A DNA stretch of 64,000 nt. It comes from an uncultured Planctomycetaceae bacterium. Its GTDB lineage: Bacteria; Planctomycetota; Planctomycetia; Planctomycetales; Planctomycetaceae. The notes below the pieces were generated by a model. That model saw nothing but the letters and a program-made list of their open reading frames with translations. It did not search any database and was not told where the DNA came from. Below, piece by piece: positions 35,301 to 45,636 of the stretch. The stretch spans positions 19,774 to 83,773 of the forward strand of contig CAWFGE010000005.1 in assembly GCA_963815195.1 (NCBI GenBank). Reading direction: 5' to 3'. A program made the position numbers and the translations under genes. The stretch's first letter is position 1, and each line of letters opens with the position of its first letter.

Positions 35301-36122
35301 GGCGGCAATGGAGACGATTATCTCTACGGCTACGGAGGCGACGATTACCTCTACGGCGACGGAGGAAGCGACCGGATCTACGGGGGCAACGGCAACGACT
35401 ACCTCCATAGCGGGATCGGATTCGTGACCGATTACCTTTACGGCGGAGCCGGCAACGACGCACTCTACGCGGCCGCCATCATCAACTACCTTTACGGCGA
35501 AGACGGGGATGATACGCTGCAAGCCCTCGACAACACCGTCGATAACCACTTCTACGGCGGGTACGGAAACGACTACCTCTACGGCAGTTACTATGCCGAT
35601 TACCTCGACGGAGGCGAAGGATACGACCGGCTCTACGGCTACGGCGGAAATGACACCCTCTACGGCCAGGGCGGCAATGATTACCTCTATGGCGGAGACG
35701 GGGACGACTACCTCAACGGCGGGGCCGACAACGACTTCATCTATGGGGAGTACGGCAATGACACGCTCGTGAGCGGAGGCGGCTCCTACGATTACCTCAT
35801 CGGCAGCTACGGCAACGATCGCCTGTACGGCGGCTATTACACAACCAATTACCTCTACGGAGACGACGGAAATGACTACCTCTACGGCGGCAACTACAAT
35901 GACTACCTCTACGGAGGGTCCGGCACGGACTATCTCTACGGCTACGGCGGCAATGACTATCTGCACGCAGGCTACGACAACGTCGCCGACTACCTCTACG
36001 GCGGCGACGGATACGACACCTATGTGACGTACTACTACGTCTATGGTTACTTCAACATCCGAATTCGTCCGGACTCCATCAGCGACAGCACGATCGGCAG
36101 TCACTACGAGTATCAGTATTGA
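26314..36122 (+). CDS. Giant (~3270 aa) RTX/haemolysin-type Ca-binding repeat surface protein with planctomycete LEPR-XLL signal; frameshifts near 33490 and 34606
   Basis: AAGGAG RBS at 26301; MLLIEWLSGLR..RRRRR..ELLENRTLLS; many GGxGxDxL nonapeptides continuing across ORFs 26200..33588, 33452..34612 and 34350..36122. Confidence 0.88.
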
Positions 36123-36153
36123 TTGGCCGATCCGAGCCGGCGTTGACCACGTC

Positions 36154-36193
36154 CCCCGCAGCGGCACCAAAAGCCGTTGCGGGGCTTTGTTTG
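36154..36193 (+). terminator. Intrinsic terminator after the RTX gene
   Basis: CCCCGCAGCGGC-ACCAAAA-GCCGTTGCGGGG followed by CTTTGTTT. Confidence 0.65.
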
Positions 36194-36441
36194 TTCGCTA
36201 GGCAGAGAGACAAGTCGCCGGCCACCATCCCCGTACAAAAATGAAACCGGTAGCCAGCCCGTGGAAATGCGGTTTTGTCACTGCATGAGGGAATTGCGGT
36301 GCAACGCGAGAGAAAAGACTGATTTCGGCCGATTTGGCTCGGTCAAGCACGGACTACTACGGGCGCAGTAAAAAGGAACCAGAGCTTTGATGCCGTCAGG
36401 CCGCTCGCCGCTCGCAATGCTTCAGGAATCGGCCCGGGCCT

Positions 36442-36511
36442 GAGCCGCGCACGAAGTAAACGGCCTTGCGTTGTCGGAGTTCCTGAAAACCGCTTACTTC
36501 GTGCGCGGCTC
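36442..36511. repeat. REP-like inverted repeat (family A), second copy
   Basis: GAGCCGCGCACGAAGTAAACGG ... CCGCTTACTTCGTGCGCGGCTC with a different spacer from the 3330 copy. Confidence 0.85.
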
Positions 36512-36816
36512 TTGAAACCAAACCAATTTCCTGAGCTTTTTTGGAACTACGGAAATCGTAAAGCCTTGAATACGGCACTCTGAATGACTTTTGGCGACCG
36601 ACCCCCTTCGGCAGAAGATGTTTCGATGTTTCCTTCTCGATTTGACACCTTGGACTTGACTGCTTAAAATGCAACTGAACCGGTTGATGAACGACGGTCA
36701 AAACTCGGTCGTGACGGCCCCAGGTGCCATGTTGCATCCAGGGGCTTTTTTCATGCGCTGGTCGGTTGAAATGAATGTTGTCCCCAGATCCCCATTAGCA
36801 CAAAGGAGTCCAAACC

Positions 36817-37401
36817 ATGCAAGTCCCCCTCGAAATCAGTTTTCGCAACATGGAGCATTCCCCGGAACTCGAAGCCGATGTTCGCGAGAAGGCGGCCAAA
36901 TTGGATGAGTTTTACGACCGCATCACGGCGTGCCGGGTCGTCGTTGAAGCTCCGCATCAACATCATCAGCAGGGCAACGTGTATCATGTGCGGGTTTATC
37001 TTTCGGTGCCGGAGCACGATATTACCGTGGACCGGGATCCGGGAGCCCATCACGCTCATGAAGACGTGCACGTGGCGATCCGCGATGCCTTCGACGCGGC
37101 CCGCAGGCAACTCCAGGACGTGGCCCGCAAGCTGCGAGGCGATACCAAGTCCCACGAAACGCCTGCGCACGGTCGGATTAAGGAAATCTTCCCGTCGGCG
37201 ATCGATTCCGAAGAAGGCTACGGTTTCATTACGGCTCCCGATGGCCGCGAAATCTATTTTAATGCCCACAGTCTGTTGGACGCAAAACTAACGGATCTGG
37301 CTCCCGAAACCGAAGTCCGTTTCGTGGAAGAGGCCGGGGAAAAAGGCCCGCAGGCGAGTTCGGTCCGCTTAATCGGCCAACATCATCACATTGTTGATTG
37401 A
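36817..37401 (+). CDS. HPF/RaiA family ribosome-associated protein fused to a cold-shock domain
   Basis: MQVPLEISFRNM..ITACRVVVEAPH..VAIRDAFDAARRQL; C-terminal GYGFI..IYFNAHS..EEAGEKGPQASSV; AAGGAG RBS. Confidence 0.9.
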   Translation: MQVPLEISFRNMEHSPELEADVREKAAKLDEFYDRITACRVVVEAPHQHHQQGNVYHVRVYLSVPEHDITVDRDPGAHHAHEDVHVAIRDAFDAARRQLQDVARKLRGDTKSHETPAHGRIKEIFPSAIDSEEGYGFITAPDGREIYFNAHSLLDAKLTDLAPETEVRFVEEAGEKGPQASSVRLIGQHHHIVD

Positions 37402-37407
37402 TCGGCC

Positions 37408-37871
37408 ATGTCGCGTTTTAAGACATTGATCCTCGTGAAATCCTGCCATCACGGGAACACCGCGAGAGTTGCGGAGGCCTTGGCCGGGCCGCTGGAAGCG
37501 ACCGTGATGGATGCCGACGAGGTTTCTCCCGACCGCATCGGGGAGTTCGATTTGATCGGATTCGGTTCGGGGATTTACTTCGGCATGTTTCATCCCGCGT
37601 TGAAGCGCTGCCTTCGGAACTTGCCCGCCGGCCAGACGCCGCGCCGAGCCTTTGTCTATTCCACCTCGGGGCTGCCGTTCCTGAGCCGGCTTTGGCACCT
37701 CCCGCTCAAACGCCGGTTGCGGAAGAAGGGATTTGAGGTGATCGGCGAGTTTCGGTGTGCGGGGTATGACACGTTCGGCCCGCTCGGGTGGATCGGCGGA
37801 ATCCACCGTGGCCGGCCGAATGATCGTGATCTATCCCGCGCCGCGCATTCGCCCAAAGCCTGCGGCATTAA
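37408..37871 (+). CDS. Flavodoxin family protein (1-nt error near 37848)
   Basis: KSCHHGNTARVA, DLIGFGSGIYFG, YSTSG, GEFRCAGYDT, GRPN; corrected end FAQSLRH*. Confidence 0.82.
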
Positions 37872-37953
37872 GTTTTGGAACGAGAAGGTACTTCTTGGCA
37901 ATCAGGCCGTCGCGACGCGATTTTCCTCCAAGTCGGAGTCCAGTCATGGCGGA

Positions 37954-38196
37954 TCAGTCTTCCGTTTCGTATCGTCCTTCCAGCGCCTGCGTGCCGGGAA
38001 CGTCGCTTTCTTCGCTGGAATCGAGTTCCGCTTGCAGGGCCTCCAGAGCCTCGGAGGCATCTTCGTAGGAATCGAAGGGACCGGGATCGATCACTGTCCC
38101 GCCGAGACGATGGGCCGCATCTTCCGCCGTCCCGGCCTGGGGATGTTCGGCGATTGTCCAACCGTCGTCCGTTTCGATGATGCAATACATAGGCAT
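37954..38196 (-). CDS. Small acidic hypothetical protein
   Basis: MPMYCIIETDDGWTIAEHP..IDPGPFDSYEDASEAL; GC3-biased codons. Confidence 0.6.
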   Translation of the reverse strand: MPMYCIIETDDGWTIAEHPQAGTAEDAAHRLGGTVIDPGPFDSYEDASEALEALQAELDSSEESDVPGTQALEGRYETED

Positions 38197-38339
38197 GGCA
38201 TTTTTCCTTCCAGTAAAAAAGAAAACCCCCGAAGCGAAAAAACGCAATCGGGGGCACTCATAGCCGTCAATTCCATCCACCCATCAGAGGTGGAACTCAA
38301 CCCATCATATCCACGGACCAGACATTCGTCAAAAGCATT

Positions 38340-39201
38340 TACGAGGATTCTCAGTTCATTGTTGGAGCTTTCCAGTTCATCAATCGTACTCTGCCGATCC
38401 TCGCGGGAGGTGTTCAGTTCGTATTCCAACTGCTGGACCAATGCGGATTCCTCTTTTTCCCGGCCTCCGCTTCGGTGATGCCTTCGGTCGCCGGATCCGT
38501 TTTCCGGTCCCGAAAAGTCACCAGCAGCAGCCCGTCGGCCTCGCGGGATTCGCTGACGGGCTTGACGGTGATCAGGCACGGCACATACTTGCCGTCGCGC
38601 AGCACGCGGGCTGGGGCCTCGGCAACCGTTTCGCCGCGAAGGATTCGATGACACGCCGCTCGGACCTTGATGCGCAATCCCTGCCGGGCCATCACCGTCA
38701 GGTCCTTGGTTGGCTCGCCGGTGGGGAACGCCAGATAATCCGACGTGGGACCCAAAAAAATACAGCACCTCATACTTGCGGTTGATGAGCACGGCCGCGG
38801 GCGCGTAGTCGGCCAGCAGCAGCTTCTGCGTCAACTCAGCGAGTCCCTGAGGGGAGCGAGGCGTCGGCTCAACGGTCGGAACCTGAAAGCGGCGTTCCTC
38901 GGTGGCAAGGATCGGAATATCGACCAGATCCCGCCGCGTAGGCCCTAGCCGCCGGTAAATCCGCCATTTCTTGAAATCGCATCGAAGAGTTCGGCCCGGC
39001 CGCCGATCGACTCCGATAGTCCCAGAAACAAGAAGCCTTCTTTGTTGAGGGCAAAATGAAACAGCGAGATGATCTTTTCCTGGAGCTCCCGTTCCAGATA
39101 GATGAGCGGATCTCTGCAACTGATGAGATCGAGCTTGGAGAACGGGGCGTCGCTGATGATGTTCTGCGGAGCAAACACGACCGGCTCGCGGAGTTGCTTT
39201 C
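38340..39201 (-). pseudogene. Remnant of a CheB/CheR-PAS chemotaxis-like protein (CheR C-terminus, PAS, coiled coil)
   Basis: QLREPVVFAPQNIISDAPFSKLDLISCR..FHFALNKEGFLFLG..KKWRIYRR..YAPAAVLIN..LEYELNTSREDRQSTIDELESSNNEL over several frames; no N-terminus or kinase C-terminus. Confidence 0.8.
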
Positions 39202-39204
39202 ATC

Positions 39205-39492
39205 GTGCAGGAATTCCTTCCCGACGAACAGGGCCTCGAAGCCGTGAAGCACTTCGCCGGCGGGACCGCCATCCCCGCGATCGTAATCATCGACCGGCAC
39301 AACGGCCAGTTGTTCGAGCACCCAGAATCCGGTAACGTGTTGGCTGTGCTTCAGGAACCCGTGCGGTATTCGGGCCTGCTCCCAATCATCCCGCTCGCCA
39401 TCCCGCAGTTCCAAAGGCTGAAGTCTCTCCGCGAAAGTCTGAAACAACTCAACGAGGAACTCGGCACGGCTGAATCCGACGACCAAAGTTGA
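39205..39492 (+). pseudogene. Probable 5'-truncated, degenerate receiver-domain/coiled-coil protein (AmiR/NasT-like)
   Basis: LPDEQGLEAVK..PAIVII..VLAVLQEPV..IPLAIPQFQRLKSLRE resembles the second half of a receiver domain plus linker. Confidence 0.4.
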
Positions 39493-39565
39493 ACCATTTC
39501 TCCGTTTCGCCGATCCCAGCGAAGCGGAAACTCGCGACGTTGCATTTGAGAGGACGAGATCGAAG

Positions 39566-40408
39566 TTGAGCGGCGTCTATTTTGCCTATGACGGTTCGAT
39601 CCACGGTGACTGGGTGTCGCACTACGCGGTTCGGCTGGCAGCGGGGCACGCGGAGAAGATTTTGCATCTCGTGCATGTTGCCGAGGAACAGCCCGCCGAA
39701 GTGCCTTTTGAGAAAATCGATCGTATCCGCGGGGAATGCCGACGGTTGGACGTCAACTTGGAATGGCATGCTCCCTCGCCGAGGGCAACATGGCTTCAAA
39801 CACTTTTCTCGGCGGTTGCCCGAGGCCCCGACAGCTATCTTGTGTGCGGCATGCGCAGCCGGGAACGCAAACGCGGATTGCTAAGCGGCAGTGTTGCCGA
39901 ACAACTGCTGCGATCCCGGTACTGCCATGTGCTCGCGATCCGCGTCGTTCAGCCGGGACTCCTCGGCCTGCCGAGACAGTTTTTGCTGCCCGTGTCGGGG
40001 CATCCGCGCGGGTTTCGTTCCGGGCTGCCCTTCCTCAAACTCTTTACGGGAGGGCTCTCGCAGTTACATCTCCTGCATGTCCAATTGGTCAGCCGTTGGC
40101 GGTTTCGGATGCTCTCGCACGATGCCGCGGAAAAACTGCAGCGGCCAGGCCAAGCCTATTGCGAGCGGATTAAACGAGAAATCCGCGATCAGATCCCTTG
40201 GGAACCGGGCCTCCTCGATGCCCAAGTCGTCGTTTCGGACGACATACCCAAGGAGATTATCATTGCGGCGAACAAGACGAAATCGCGGCTGATCTACATG
40301 GGCGCATCGGAGCGGAATCTGACCAAGCGGTTCTTCTTCGGGAATCCCATCGAGCAAGTGCTTCGCAAGACGACATGCGATGTGGCGGTTTATCGGGGGC
40401 TCGAATGA
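39566..40408 (+). CDS. Tandem-domain universal stress protein
   Basis: FAYDGS, LLSGSVAEQLLR, LIYMGAS, FFGNPIEQVLRKTTCDVAVYR. Confidence 0.85.
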   Translation: MSGVYFAYDGSIHGDWVSHYAVRLAAGHAEKILHLVHVAEEQPAEVPFEKIDRIRGECRRLDVNLEWHAPSPRATWLQTLFSAVARGPDSYLVCGMRSRERKRGLLSGSVAEQLLRSRYCHVLAIRVVQPGLLGLPRQFLLPVSGHPRGFRSGLPFLKLFTGGLSQLHLLHVQLVSRWRFRMLSHDAAEKLQRPGQAYCERIKREIRDQIPWEPGLLDAQVVVSDDIPKEIIIAANKTKSRLIYMGASERNLTKRFFFGNPIEQVLRKTTCDVAVYRGLE

Positions 40409-43146
40409 CGGCCGCGCCGGGACAGATTCACGAAGTCGCCGCCGAGGACGTTTTCGACCTGCTCCGCAGCCGGAAATCGGGACTGACAGACGAGGAGGCG
40501 GCGGCCCGCCGTCGCGAGGTCGGTTTGAATGAATTGGAGCCTCCCTCGCCGTTGCGCTGGGCTAAAGTGCTGGTCAAGCATTTGGTCAACTTTTTCAGCA
40601 TCCTATTGGACATTGCGGCCATTGCCTGTTTTATCGCCGAGACGATTCAGCCCGGCGAGGGCATGGGAGTCTTGGGCTGGACACTGTCGACGGTCTCCGT
40701 TCTGAATGCCCTGTTTGCGTTTGCTCAGGAAATTCGGGCCGAGCGGGCGATGGAGGAACTTGGCAAATTCCTGCCTCGAATGGTTCGCGTCCGGCGGGCC
40801 CGTCGTGAACGGAAGATTTCCGTCGATCAATTGGTGCCCGGCGATGTGGTGCTGCTCTCTGAAGGCGACCGCATTCCGGCCGATACCCGTGTGGTGGATT
40901 CAGAAGACCTGTTGGCCAACAATGCTCCGCTGACGGGAGAATCTCGCTCTCAGCCTCTGGTCAGCACAGCCGCCAAAGGCCGATTGGTGGACAGCCCCAA
41001 CATCGCATTTGCCGGCTGCTCCGTACTCAGGGGTAGCGGGACCGCCGTGGTCTTCGCGACGGGACTCCGCACAGAGTTCGGCAAGATCGCGGCCCTGTCC
41101 CATGATGTGCGCCGCCCGCCTTCGCCCATAGAGCGGGAAACGACCCGCATGATCCGCGTGCTGACGGGGATTGCCGTCGTGATGGGTGTTTTGTTCTTTG
41201 CCTATGGCGTAGCAACGGGCCGCTCGTTGTGGGTCAACATCGTCTTCATGCTCGGGATCATTGTTGCCAACGTCCCCGAGGGCCTTTTGCCCACATTTAC
41301 CTTGGCGCTCTCGATGGCGAGCCTGCGAATGGCCAGAAAACAGGTGCTGGTGAAAAGCCTCGATGCCGTGGAGGCGTTGGGCGCGGTGCATGTGATTTGT
41401 ACGGACAAGACAGGAACGCTGACAAAAAACGAACTCGCGATCGCGGGGATCGTGGCTCCCCTTTCCGGAGAACGCTTGATTGAATCAGAACAGTTGCGAG
41501 CGTTTCTCAAAGCCGCTGTGGTCGCGTCGGAAGTCCGCAAGACGGCGGAATCCCCTTCACGAGCCGAAGCTTTACCGCATGGAGGCCGCCGGTCGCGCTG
41601 GTCGGGCGATCCGTTGGATGTCGCGGTGGTGGAGCGCTATGTCGAGCTATTCGGAGAACCGACAAACCTTTTGGCCAAGACGCAGCGTCACTACCCCTTC
41701 GACTTGCAGAAACGGCGAGAAGCCGGCCTTTATGCCGGCGAGGGCGACATTCTGTTTTGCGTCAAAGGAGCCTGGGAATCGCTGCGAGCGCTGATTGCGT
41801 TTGTCGAAACACCGGCGGGAGGTGAAATCGTACCGGCGGACTTTCATGTGCTGGCAAATTGTGACAATGTCGTCCATCAATTATCCTCTCGCGGGGAGCG
41901 CGTGATCGCGGTCGCCTGCCGCAAATTCGAGGCCATGCCCGGAACAGCCCTCAAGGAAGACTCGCTGGAACAGGCATTGGTGCTTAAAGGGTTTCTGGCC
42001 TTTGACGATCCCATCCGCGAGGAAGTTCCTGCCGCCGTCGGCCGTTGCCGCGCGGCCGGCGTCCGGATCATGCTGATCACAGGGGACCATCCGGTCACGG
42101 CCGACGCCGTCGCGCGGAAATGCGGGGTCCTCACGGAAGACGAATCGACGGAAAACCAAATTCTGCTTGGCGCGGAACTGGACAGCCTGGATGAAGCCCA
42201 ATTGGTCGAGCGACTTCAATCCGGGACCACGGTTTTCGCGCGGACCACCCCTGAGCAGAAAATGAAAATTGTGTCCGCTTTGAAACGTTTGGGACATGTT
42301 GTGGCGATGACCGGCGACGGCGTCAATGATGCCCCCGCGCTGAAAGCGGCGGACGTGGGAGTCGCGATGGGAGTGAGCGGCACCGATGTGGCCCGCGAAG
42401 CCGCCGATATTGTTCTGCTGGACGATAACTTTGCTTCGATCGTGGCCGGCATTGAAGAAGGCCGGGCCGTCTTCGCCAACATTCAAAAATTCACCACTTA
42501 TGTGCTGACCAGCAACATTCCGGAGATCGTGCCGTTTCTTTTGTACGTCATGTTGCCTATTCCTTTGGCGCTGACGGTGATTCAGATTCTGTCCGTTGAT
42601 CTGGGGACCGACCTGCTGCCCGCCATCGGGTTAGGCCAGGAACCTCCAGAACGCGATGTCATGTCCAGGCCTCCTCGCCGGGCCAACGAACGGCTGCTCT
42701 CCGCTCGGGTGATGGCGACGGCCTATCTGTTTCTCGGCCTGATTCAAGCGGGATGGTCCCTGTTCCTGTATTTTGTGGTACTCTTTCAGGGAGGCTGGGT
42801 CTGGGGGCAAGATCTGCCGGAGAACAGTCCGCTCTACCGCTCGGCCACGGGCATTACCTTGGCGAGTGTTGTGCTGATGCAGATCGGCAATGTCGTTGGC
42901 CGACGTTCGCTCGCGTTTTCAGGCCTCGATGCCGGGTTAATTCGGAACAAACTGATTCTGCTAGGGGTCGCCGTTGAAATCGCGTTCTCCTGGGCCATCC
43001 TTTATTTCCCGCCGCTGCAAGGATTTCTAAAAACCGGCCCGGTGGCCTGGCAGATCTATGCCCTGGCCTGGCTGGGAATTCCATTGCTGTTCCTCGTCGA
43101 TTTTGCACGGAAGAAAGCCATGAGATTCACGGAAGGTATGAAATAG
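40405..43146 (+). CDS. Cation-transporting P-type ATPase, P2C (Na,K/H,K-ATPase)-like
   Basis: TGES, IVANVPEGLLPT, DKTGT, KGAWE, TGDH, TGDGVNDAPAL, LTSNIPE, DLGTD; ATGA overlap with the USP gene. Confidence 0.93.
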   Translation: MTAAPGQIHEVAAEDVFDLLRSRKSGLTDEEAAARRREVGLNELEPPSPLRWAKVLVKHLVNFFSILLDIAAIACFIAETIQPGEGMGVLGWTLSTVSVLNALFAFAQEIRAERAMEELGKFLPRMVRVRRARRERKISVDQLVPGDVVLLSEGDRIPADTRVVDSEDLLANNAPLTGESRSQPLVSTAAKGRLVDSPNIAFAGCSVLRGSGTAVVFATGLRTEFGKIAALSHDVRRPPSPIERETTRMIRVLTGIAVVMGVLFFAYGVATGRSLWVNIVFMLGIIVANVPEGLLPTFTLALSMASLRMARKQVLVKSLDAVEALGAVHVICTDKTGTLTKNELAIAGIVAPLSGERLIESEQLRAFLKAAVVASEVRKTAESPSRAEALPHGGRRSRWSGDPLDVAVVERYVELFGEPTNLLAKTQRHYPFDLQKRREAGLYAGEGDILFCVKGAWESLRALIAFVETPAGGEIVPADFHVLANCDNVVHQLSSRGERVIAVACRKFEAMPGTALKEDSLEQALVLKGFLAFDDPIREEVPAAVGRCRAAGVRIMLITGDHPVTADAVARKCGVLTEDESTENQILLGAELDSLDEAQLVERLQSGTTVFARTTPEQKMKIVSALKRLGHVVAMTGDGVNDAPALKAADVGVAMGVSGTDVAREAADIVLLDDNFASIVAGIEEGRAVFANIQKFTTYVLTSNIPEIVPFLLYVMLPIPLALTVIQILSVDLGTDLLPAIGLGQEPPERDVMSRPPRRANERLLSARVMATAYLFLGLIQAGWSLFLYFVVLFQGGWVWGQDLPENSPLYRSATGITLASVVLMQIGNVVGRRSLAFSGLDAGLIRNKLILLGVAVEIAFSWAILYFPPLQGFLKTGPVAWQIYALAWLGIPLLFLVDFARKKAMRFTEGMK

Positions 43147-43404
43147 AATCCGCCTGGTTTGCTACAATATTGCAGCCGTCGTTTCAGATGATGTCAGGGG
43201 GCGGGCGGTATCGCCCTAGATGTTTATTTCGTAAGTTTCTCGGCAGCTTTATTAGCCCGAAGCGCCAGCGGGTAGTCTGGCATGGAACTCAACTTAGCCA
43301 ACCCTCAATCCCGCGCGAACCGGCTCATCACCTATCACCCATTTCGGAATGCGGCCGCAATCGAATCGCGCTCAGGGGATTAGATAAAAGAAAGACCCAT
43401 CGGC

Positions 43405-44531
43405 ATGTTTGAACCGCTGGTGAATTGGTGGACGGAAACGGCGAATCCCTGGATCGACCGCGTTCTGCCGGACCGCGAGATCTTCGGCAACGGCGTCGAA
43501 CGCTGGCTGACGGCGTTCGGGGTCCTGTTGGGATTGTGGCTTGTGCTCCGCATTCTCAAAGGGATCGTTCACCTGCCGCGCAAAAGCTGGCCGAGCGGTT
43601 CCAATCGCAATGGGCGCAGGCCGTCGCGGATCTGGCCGTGGCGACCAGGTGGTGGTTTATCCTGGGCCTGGCGGTTTATCTGTCATCGCTGATTCTGGCG
43701 CTCGATGCCCGCGCGATCGCCGCCGTGCGCTCGCTGGCCGCGATCGTGCTGATCCTGCAGGCGGCGATTTGGGGCAACGTGCTGATCGCCTTCGGGATCA
43801 CCTGGTATGCCAAGGACAACCGCATCGAAGACGCGGCCAGCGTGACCACGATGAGCGCCCTCGCGTTCCTCGCGAAACTCGTCCTGTGGACCATCGCGTT
43901 TCTGTTGGTGCTCGACAACATGGGCGTGGATGTCACCGCGCTCATCGCCGGCTTGGGCGTGGGCGGCATCGCGGTGGCGCTCGCGGCCCAGAACGTCCTG
44001 GGCGACCTGTTCGCCTCGCTGTCCATCGTGTTGGACAAGCCCTTCGTGCTCGGCGACTTTATTGTCGTCGGCGACTACATGGGCACCGTGGAGCACATCG
44101 GCCTCAAGACGACCCGCGTCCGCAGCCTCTCCGGGGAGCAGTTGGTGATTCCCAATCACGACCTCCTCACCAGCCGAATTCGAAATTACAAGCTCATGCA
44201 GGAACGGCGGGTCGTGTTCGGCATCGGCGTGACCTATGAGACCCCCGTTGCCCAGCTGCGCGAGATTCCCCAGATCATCAAGGAGGCCATCACGTCGCAG
44301 GACCAAACGCGGTTCGACCGCGCCCACTTCAAAGGGTTTGGCGATTCGGCTCTCACCTACGAAGCCGTCTATTATGTGCTCGTTGCGGATTACAATATCT
44401 ATATGGACATCCAGCAGCGGATCAACTTTTTCCTCTTCGACAAGTTCGCCGAGCTGGGAATTGATTTTGCCTATCCTACGCAGATGGTGTATCTAAATCC
44501 CGTCGAGCCCGATTCGCGGCCCGCGACCTAA
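43405..44531 (+). CDS. Small-conductance mechanosensitive channel MscS family (frameshift near 43575)
   Basis: ALIAGLGVGGIAVALAAQNVLGDLFAS, DKPFVLGDFI, IGLKTTR, GIDFAYPTQ. Confidence 0.9.
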
Positions 44532-44665
44532 AATTTGCAAATTGCTTTACAGATTATGGAAGAGTCCGCACAGGTCTTTCCCCCAAAGCGTCGATAATAA
44601 AACCCAGGAGCGGGCGGTATGGAGCCGCCCCAAAATGGAATGGAATTCAACTGGGGATGATTTCG

Positions 44666-45055
44666 ATGCAAAAACTAGGAAAGCTGGGCTTAGCCATTCT
44701 CTTCACGAGCACGTTGACATTGGGTTGCACGCAAAACAGGTGGCTTTCCGGCGGACGGTGCTCGCAGGGCAATTGTCAGAACGGGGCCTGCCAGGTGACG
44801 CCAATGCCCAACGCCCACGCGCAACTCAATAATCCCAATATGCCACAGTACACCAACATGCCGCAGAACGCCAACGCTCCGCAGACCGCCAACCAATCGC
44901 TGTCGAACGAATTCTACAACGTGCAAAACGGCGGCCAGGCGCCGGTCTCTTCGGCCGCGCCCAACCGATTGCCGCAGGTTCCTCCAGCCCCCGCACCCAA
45001 CTACAACGGGTCCACCCCGCCTTTGACGAGTTTGGGCAATCTGGGAAGTTATTGA
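44666..45055 (+). CDS. Small Gln/Asn/Pro-rich putative lipoprotein
   Basis: Lipobox-like LTLGC after a basic/hydrophobic leader; CSQGNCQNGACQ. Confidence 0.6.
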   Translation: MQKLGKLGLAILFTSTLTLGCTQNRWLSGGRCSQGNCQNGACQVTPMPNAHAQLNNPNMPQYTNMPQNANAPQTANQSLSNEFYNVQNGGQAPVSSAAPNRLPQVPPAPAPNYNGSTPPLTSLGNLGSY

Positions 45056-45636
45056 GCCCATTGTTTCGCGTTTTCCACATCCCACCCTCTTTTTGTTGTC
45101 GCCCTGCCACGCAGTGTTGCCATCTCCAGGCAACACGTTTCGTGGAAGGGCGAGACCATTTTTCGCCTTTGAAAATCCGATTCCGGCCAGGTCTGCGGGA
45201 AACCCCCACAGCGGGGATCTTTTCGTGATCGGCCGCGGAAAGAATCGGCACGCGACTTCGCTTTAGCCCTCCGCGACACGTGGACTGGAAAATGCCTGCG
45301 CAAACGGAATCGCAAACGACAGGCTGGGGAATTCCCCGGGCTGGCTTTCCGCTTTCGCCCGAAACCTCCCTTACCCGGAAGACCGGTCTGACATCGTTTC
45401 CTTCGAAAAAAGGGCAAACTCTCCGCTTGGGCTTTGACTAAGCCGCACGATCCTTCACATCTCTCACGCGGGATGGGAATCCGGATTTTCCAAGGACGAT
45501 CGCGGCAGTTCCCGCCGATTCGGGACGGCGGAGAACCTAGGGTTTTTAATGCGGGCAACGGCAGGCCGGCGGCATGTTGTGTTCGGTCAACGATCCGTTC
45601 TTCCTTCCGACAATTCAGAAACTATGAGGGGGTCCC

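Noticed and set aside
37872..38478. 356-aa extended flavodoxin ORF as a fusion protein
   Set aside because: A 1-nt correction gives a normal end at 37871; the extension is antisense to other coding remnants.
45408..45460. c-di-GMP-I riboswitch (GGCAAAC...CTAAG)
   Set aside because: It lacks the GAAA tetraloop/receptor stem and the GACGCAAAG junction.
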